IMG/VR virus record: IMGVR_UViG_3300009163_000041
Location: 1 to 56,051 of that record
Direction: 5' to 3' (one strand)
From: a virus
Taxonomy: Duplodnaviria > Caudoviricetes
DNA length: 56,051 bases
Shown: one piece after another, positions 53,133-56,051 of the stretch
How positions within the stretch are numbered: the stretch's first letter is position 1
Layout: the number at the start of each line of letters is the position of its first letter
Notes under the pieces: model-generated
What the model was told of the DNA's origin: nothing
Databases searched by the model: none
Seen by the model: the letters and a program-made list of their open reading frames with translations, nothing else
Made by a program: the position numbers and the translations under genes

Positions 53133-53656
53133 AGTCTAAAATCCTCATAGATTGAAAGAAGTTTAGTTCCCATTGGGTAAAGGATCTTTTCGTCCTCTGT
53201 CTGGCAAATAACATTTCTGGGATACTTTAGAAGGTCAAATGACCAGTTCAGAAGAACATCATCCATCTGCATGTCAGTGAAAATAATGTCTCTGGCTGGA
53301 CGCATCCTCCACAGGAATTCAATCCCTGTCCTGCTAATGTTGTAGCGTTCTGGAAGATTCGGAGCGATTCCAACCCAAGAGCGCATTTTGAATCTTGAAA
53401 GCCTGTAGATCATATCTATGCAAGCTTGCTGGCTATTCCCGCAAAACCACACAGGATAGCCCTTGGCACTTAGTGTCTTTGAGTTTTTCTTTTCGGTGCT
53501 TGTGTGTGGAGAGAAAAAGAATAGATGCGGGTAGATCGTATGCCCTATGCAGTCTTCAGCTAGAAAGATCGCAGATTTTGCGTGTCTGCTTTTAGGATCT
53601 CCGCAACAGATGATGGCCGCCTCATCTGGCTTTTCATACTTATCCGAGATTCCCAT
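53129..53656 (-). CDS. Hypothetical protein
   Basis: Between ParB-like gene and terminase; start MGISDK inferred. Confidence 0.55.
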   Translation of the reverse strand: MGISDKYEKPDEAAIICCGDPKSRHAKSAIFLAEDCIGHTIYPHLFFFSPHTSTEKKNSKTLSAKGYPVWFCGNSQQACIDMIYRLSRFKMRSWVGIAPNLPERYNISRTGIEFLWRMRPARDIIFTDMQMDDVLLNWSFDLLKYPRNVICQTEDEKILYPMGTKLLSIYEDFRL

Positions 53657-54239
53657 GGGTTTCGTGAACGCATGCCAATATGATATTGGCGATTCCCTCA
53701 ATTTTCTTGCTCTCCCCGATCTGCTTGACCTTCCCCATTAAATCCTTCAAATCTTTTTTTTCCACATAAAGCGGAATCATTTCCACATCGCCTGTCTCAA
53801 TTTCTTCTTTCATGTCCTCAACTTCTGGTGGCGCACCAGTAAGCATTTTTTCGATCTCCTCTTTGGAGAATCCAGTCAGTTCAATATTTAGTTCTGTTTG
53901 ATCAATCTCTTCGAGTAAGTTTTTGAGTGCTTCGTTGTCAAATTCCCCCGAAAGGTTGTTGAGTGCGAGGTTGGCGACTTTCTCCTTGTCCTCTGGTAGA
54001 TCGACTGCCCAGACATCGACTTCCGTGCGCCCCATAGCTTGGTAGATCTTAAACCTCTGATGCCCCCCAATGATCCTATTTCCAGTCCGAACATTGATCG
54101 TGATGGGTTGAATGTCTCCAAGCTCTCCAAGGCTTTTCGTGAGGCGACCCAACGCCTCTGGAGTAATTTTTCGAGGATTGTAACCAGCCCCTTGTATCTC
54201 ACTAAGCTTTAACCTCAATATCTTGGGGTACTTGTTCAT
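53640..54239 (-). CDS. ParB/Srx-like N-terminal domain protein
   Basis: YNPRKI, L.KSL...G..QPI.IN, IIGGHQR, ANLALN..SGEFD. Confidence 0.85.
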   Translation of the reverse strand: MNKYPKILRLKLSEIQGAGYNPRKITPEALGRLTKSLGELGDIQPITINVRTGNRIIGGHQRFKIYQAMGRTEVDVWAVDLPEDKEKVANLALNNLSGEFDNEALKNLLEEIDQTELNIELTGFSKEEIEKMLTGAPPEVEDMKEEIETGDVEMIPLYVEKKDLKDLMGKVKQIGESKKIEGIANIILACVHETHGNLG

Positions 54240-54894
54240 TTGCAGTTAAAATGGTTTCATTTTCGTCCAAGTCAACATCTTTCATATCCCCCAGCTTGCC
54301 TCCTTTCGTTTTCTCAATTACTGCGATGATCTGCTTCACCCCATCAGCAATTGCATCTTTAGCAAGTTCTGGATCGCTTGGGTTCGCCCTTCTGCAAACA
54401 CTAGCCCCAAGTCCCTCCATTAGATTGCGAATGGTCATCATGTATCTGGCAAAGATGTTTCTCGCCACATCTGCATCTATCTTTGATCCCATCGCAACCT
54501 GTAACGACTCGACTTTGATCTCTGCCTCCATCCTGCTTTTCACTGCTTCACGATGCGCCTTGACCAAGCTTGGCAATTTATGGGTTTCGTTGTTTACCTG
54601 TGCATTATGCAAAATCGCATACGATACCTTTTCAGTATTTCTTGCCCTAGCCAAGCATCCATAAATATCGTCCCTAGAAAGATCGCCCTTGCTTACTGGA
54701 ACTGAAGTGTCCTTTGGGATAACAACCCCTCCAGATATGCTGTTTGAGGGAAGCTTTCCAGATCGCTCCCTGTTGTTTTCCCTCCAAGCAGTGGCGTTCT
54801 CAATCGTATCTGTTGGCATCCCCTTATTTTTAAGCTTAGAAATATAGGGCTGGGAGCATCCCCAAGCGTCTGCTATTTCCTGTAGTGTTACCAT
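54202..54894 (-). CDS. Terminase small subunit (Nu1-like)
   Basis: N-terminal HTH TLQEIADAWGCSQPYISKL..GMP...W; coiled coil; upstream of GpA. Confidence 0.7.
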   Translation of the reverse strand: MVTLQEIADAWGCSQPYISKLKNKGMPTDTIENATAWRENNRERSGKLPSNSISGGVVIPKDTSVPVSKGDLSRDDIYGCLARARNTEKVSYAILHNAQVNNETHKLPSLVKAHREAVKSRMEAEIKVESLQVAMGSKIDADVARNIFARYMMTIRNLMEGLGASVCRRANPSDPELAKDAIADGVKQIIAVIEKTKGGKLGDMKDVDLDENETILTANEQVPQDIEVKA

Positions 54895-54940
54895 TTAGTA
54901 CCTATAGGTTCATTATAACCCCAAACAAGACTTATTTGCC

Positions 54941-55969
54941 CTAACCCTGCTTTCTGAATACAAATACTGGCTCAGACTTGTACCCGCCTTTTGTTATTGA
55001 GCTTAACAATAGCCTAAGAGTCTCAACATGGGCTAAACCTTGCTCCAAGCATATTTTGACTGTATCGCTTTCAAGCGTTTGATGGGATTTAACATTCGCT
55101 ATATTTATGATTAGATGGCCTCCAGCCTTTAGGCCAATAAGGCAGTTCTTGATGGTTTGACCAAGAAACTTCTCGTTCCAGCTTTCCTTCGATTCAAATT
55201 TCTTATAGCTCTGGGTTTCCTCGTCAGAATATTTTTCAGTATTAAAATAGGGTGGAGAGGTGAAGCATAGGTCTAGGGTATTTGGCGTTGGCACAAAATC
55301 CTCGCTTCCGCATTTTAGGACAGTTGCATTCATGCTTGGGAAAAGCTCATTCTTCATTTTCATCAGCCCATCGAATGTTTCCGAACAAGGCTCAGTTCCA
55401 ATATACCAACCAACGACTCTGGATATTAACGCACCCAAAAGCCTTCCCCCATATCCACATGACATATCCCAAACTATTCCTCCCTTTGGGCAGTACTTTT
55501 TGTAAATTGCGCCAGCGGCTGTGGGTCTAAAGTTCGATACCCCCTGCGTTCCACTATAAGTTCTTAATGCTTTTCGTATTCCAGATTCAGAGAAATATGT
55601 GCCTCTTTTTAGCCTTCTCCTAATGGCCTTCATAAATAGCTCGTCATCAGAGTAAACCTCGAATGGGGTCTTCATTTTGTTGGATCTTACCTCCCATGAG
55701 TGGGGGAAGTACGACCAAGCCAAGGCTAGGCCATGCATGGTCATTCGTATCTTGTCTTCCTCAATGATCCCATCCCCACTTCTATCGAAGAACCCCTGTA
55801 GTTTGCCAAGCTCCTGTATTTTTTCTTTCTCTGAGAATTCGTAATATGGGAATCCCATCGATCTGTAATGTTTAAAAATATCTTCAGCGATTTTATTTAC
55901 TCCATCTTCTGAAAGATATTCCCACTGCTCTCTGCTAATTCTTCCCTCGATCAGCATGGGCAACTTCAT
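54941..55969 (-). CDS. Amino (N4-C/N6-A) DNA methyltransferase
   Basis: D.SCGYGGRL, YIGTEP, FTSPPYF..E.Y. Confidence 0.8.
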   Translation of the reverse strand: MKLPMLIEGRISREQWEYLSEDGVNKIAEDIFKHYRSMGFPYYEFSEKEKIQELGKLQGFFDRSGDGIIEEDKIRMTMHGLALAWSYFPHSWEVRSNKMKTPFEVYSDDELFMKAIRRRLKRGTYFSESGIRKALRTYSGTQGVSNFRPTAAGAIYKKYCPKGGIVWDMSCGYGGRLLGALISRVVGWYIGTEPCSETFDGLMKMKNELFPSMNATVLKCGSEDFVPTPNTLDLCFTSPPYFNTEKYSDEETQSYKKFESKESWNEKFLGQTIKNCLIGLKAGGHLIINIANVKSHQTLESDTVKICLEQGLAHVETLRLLLSSITKGGYKSEPVFVFRKQG

Positions 55970-56037
55970 TAAATTATTATTTGTATTTTATGTTATAACT
56001 TAATGTTCAGTAAGTTATGTAGTTAACAATTTGATCG

Positions 56038-56051
56038 GGGCTTCGCCAACC
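56038..56051. repeat. Right copy of 14-bp terminal direct repeat
   Basis: Identical to 1-14. Confidence 0.95.

Noticed and set aside
53640-54239. ParB-like gene as evidence of plasmid-prophage partitioning
   Set aside because: No ParA or parS seen; ParB-N genes next to terminases and methyltransferases are common in phages
1-56051. Specific host assignment
   Set aside because: Sequence supports only a diderm host with sigma70-type promoters; any taxon would be a guess

Overview
The window looks like an essentially complete ~56 kb tailed dsDNA phage genome. It has a lambda-type terminase, portal and gpW, a tail module with a 715-aa tape measure, and spanin-like genes implying a diderm host. 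The ends share a 14-bp direct repeat resembling a lambda cohesive end. Nearly all genes are on the minus strand. Layout: DNA methyltransferase/ParB/terminase (51-56 kb); head module (38-51 kb) interrupted by an island of early-type genes (41.8-44.4 kb); glycosylation cluster behind the capsid gene (33.2-37.9 kb); tail (20-33 kb); lysis (17.9-18.9 kb); recombination/replication/regulators (9-17 kb); array of small early genes with repeated promoters (3.4-8.8 kb). I recognised no integrase, DNA polymerase or helicase. Four signals stand out. (1) A 1141-aa protein coupled to the portal gene is split by four YDPxQxRDxxGKW-Gly repeats into Cys-rich HiPIP-like, amphipathic, SAM-lyase-like, ADP-ribosyltransferase-like and zeta-kinase modules, suggesting a capsid-packaged, processed effector polyprotein. 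(2) TTGACA sits only 13-17 nt before the start codon of nine late-module genes, a non-canonical late expression signal. (3) About 11 sigma70-type early promoters carry a shared 17-bp imperfect palindrome. (4) A putative virion glycosylation locus includes an exostosin (GT47)-radical SAM fusion. All family calls are by-eye motif recognition; no searches were run.
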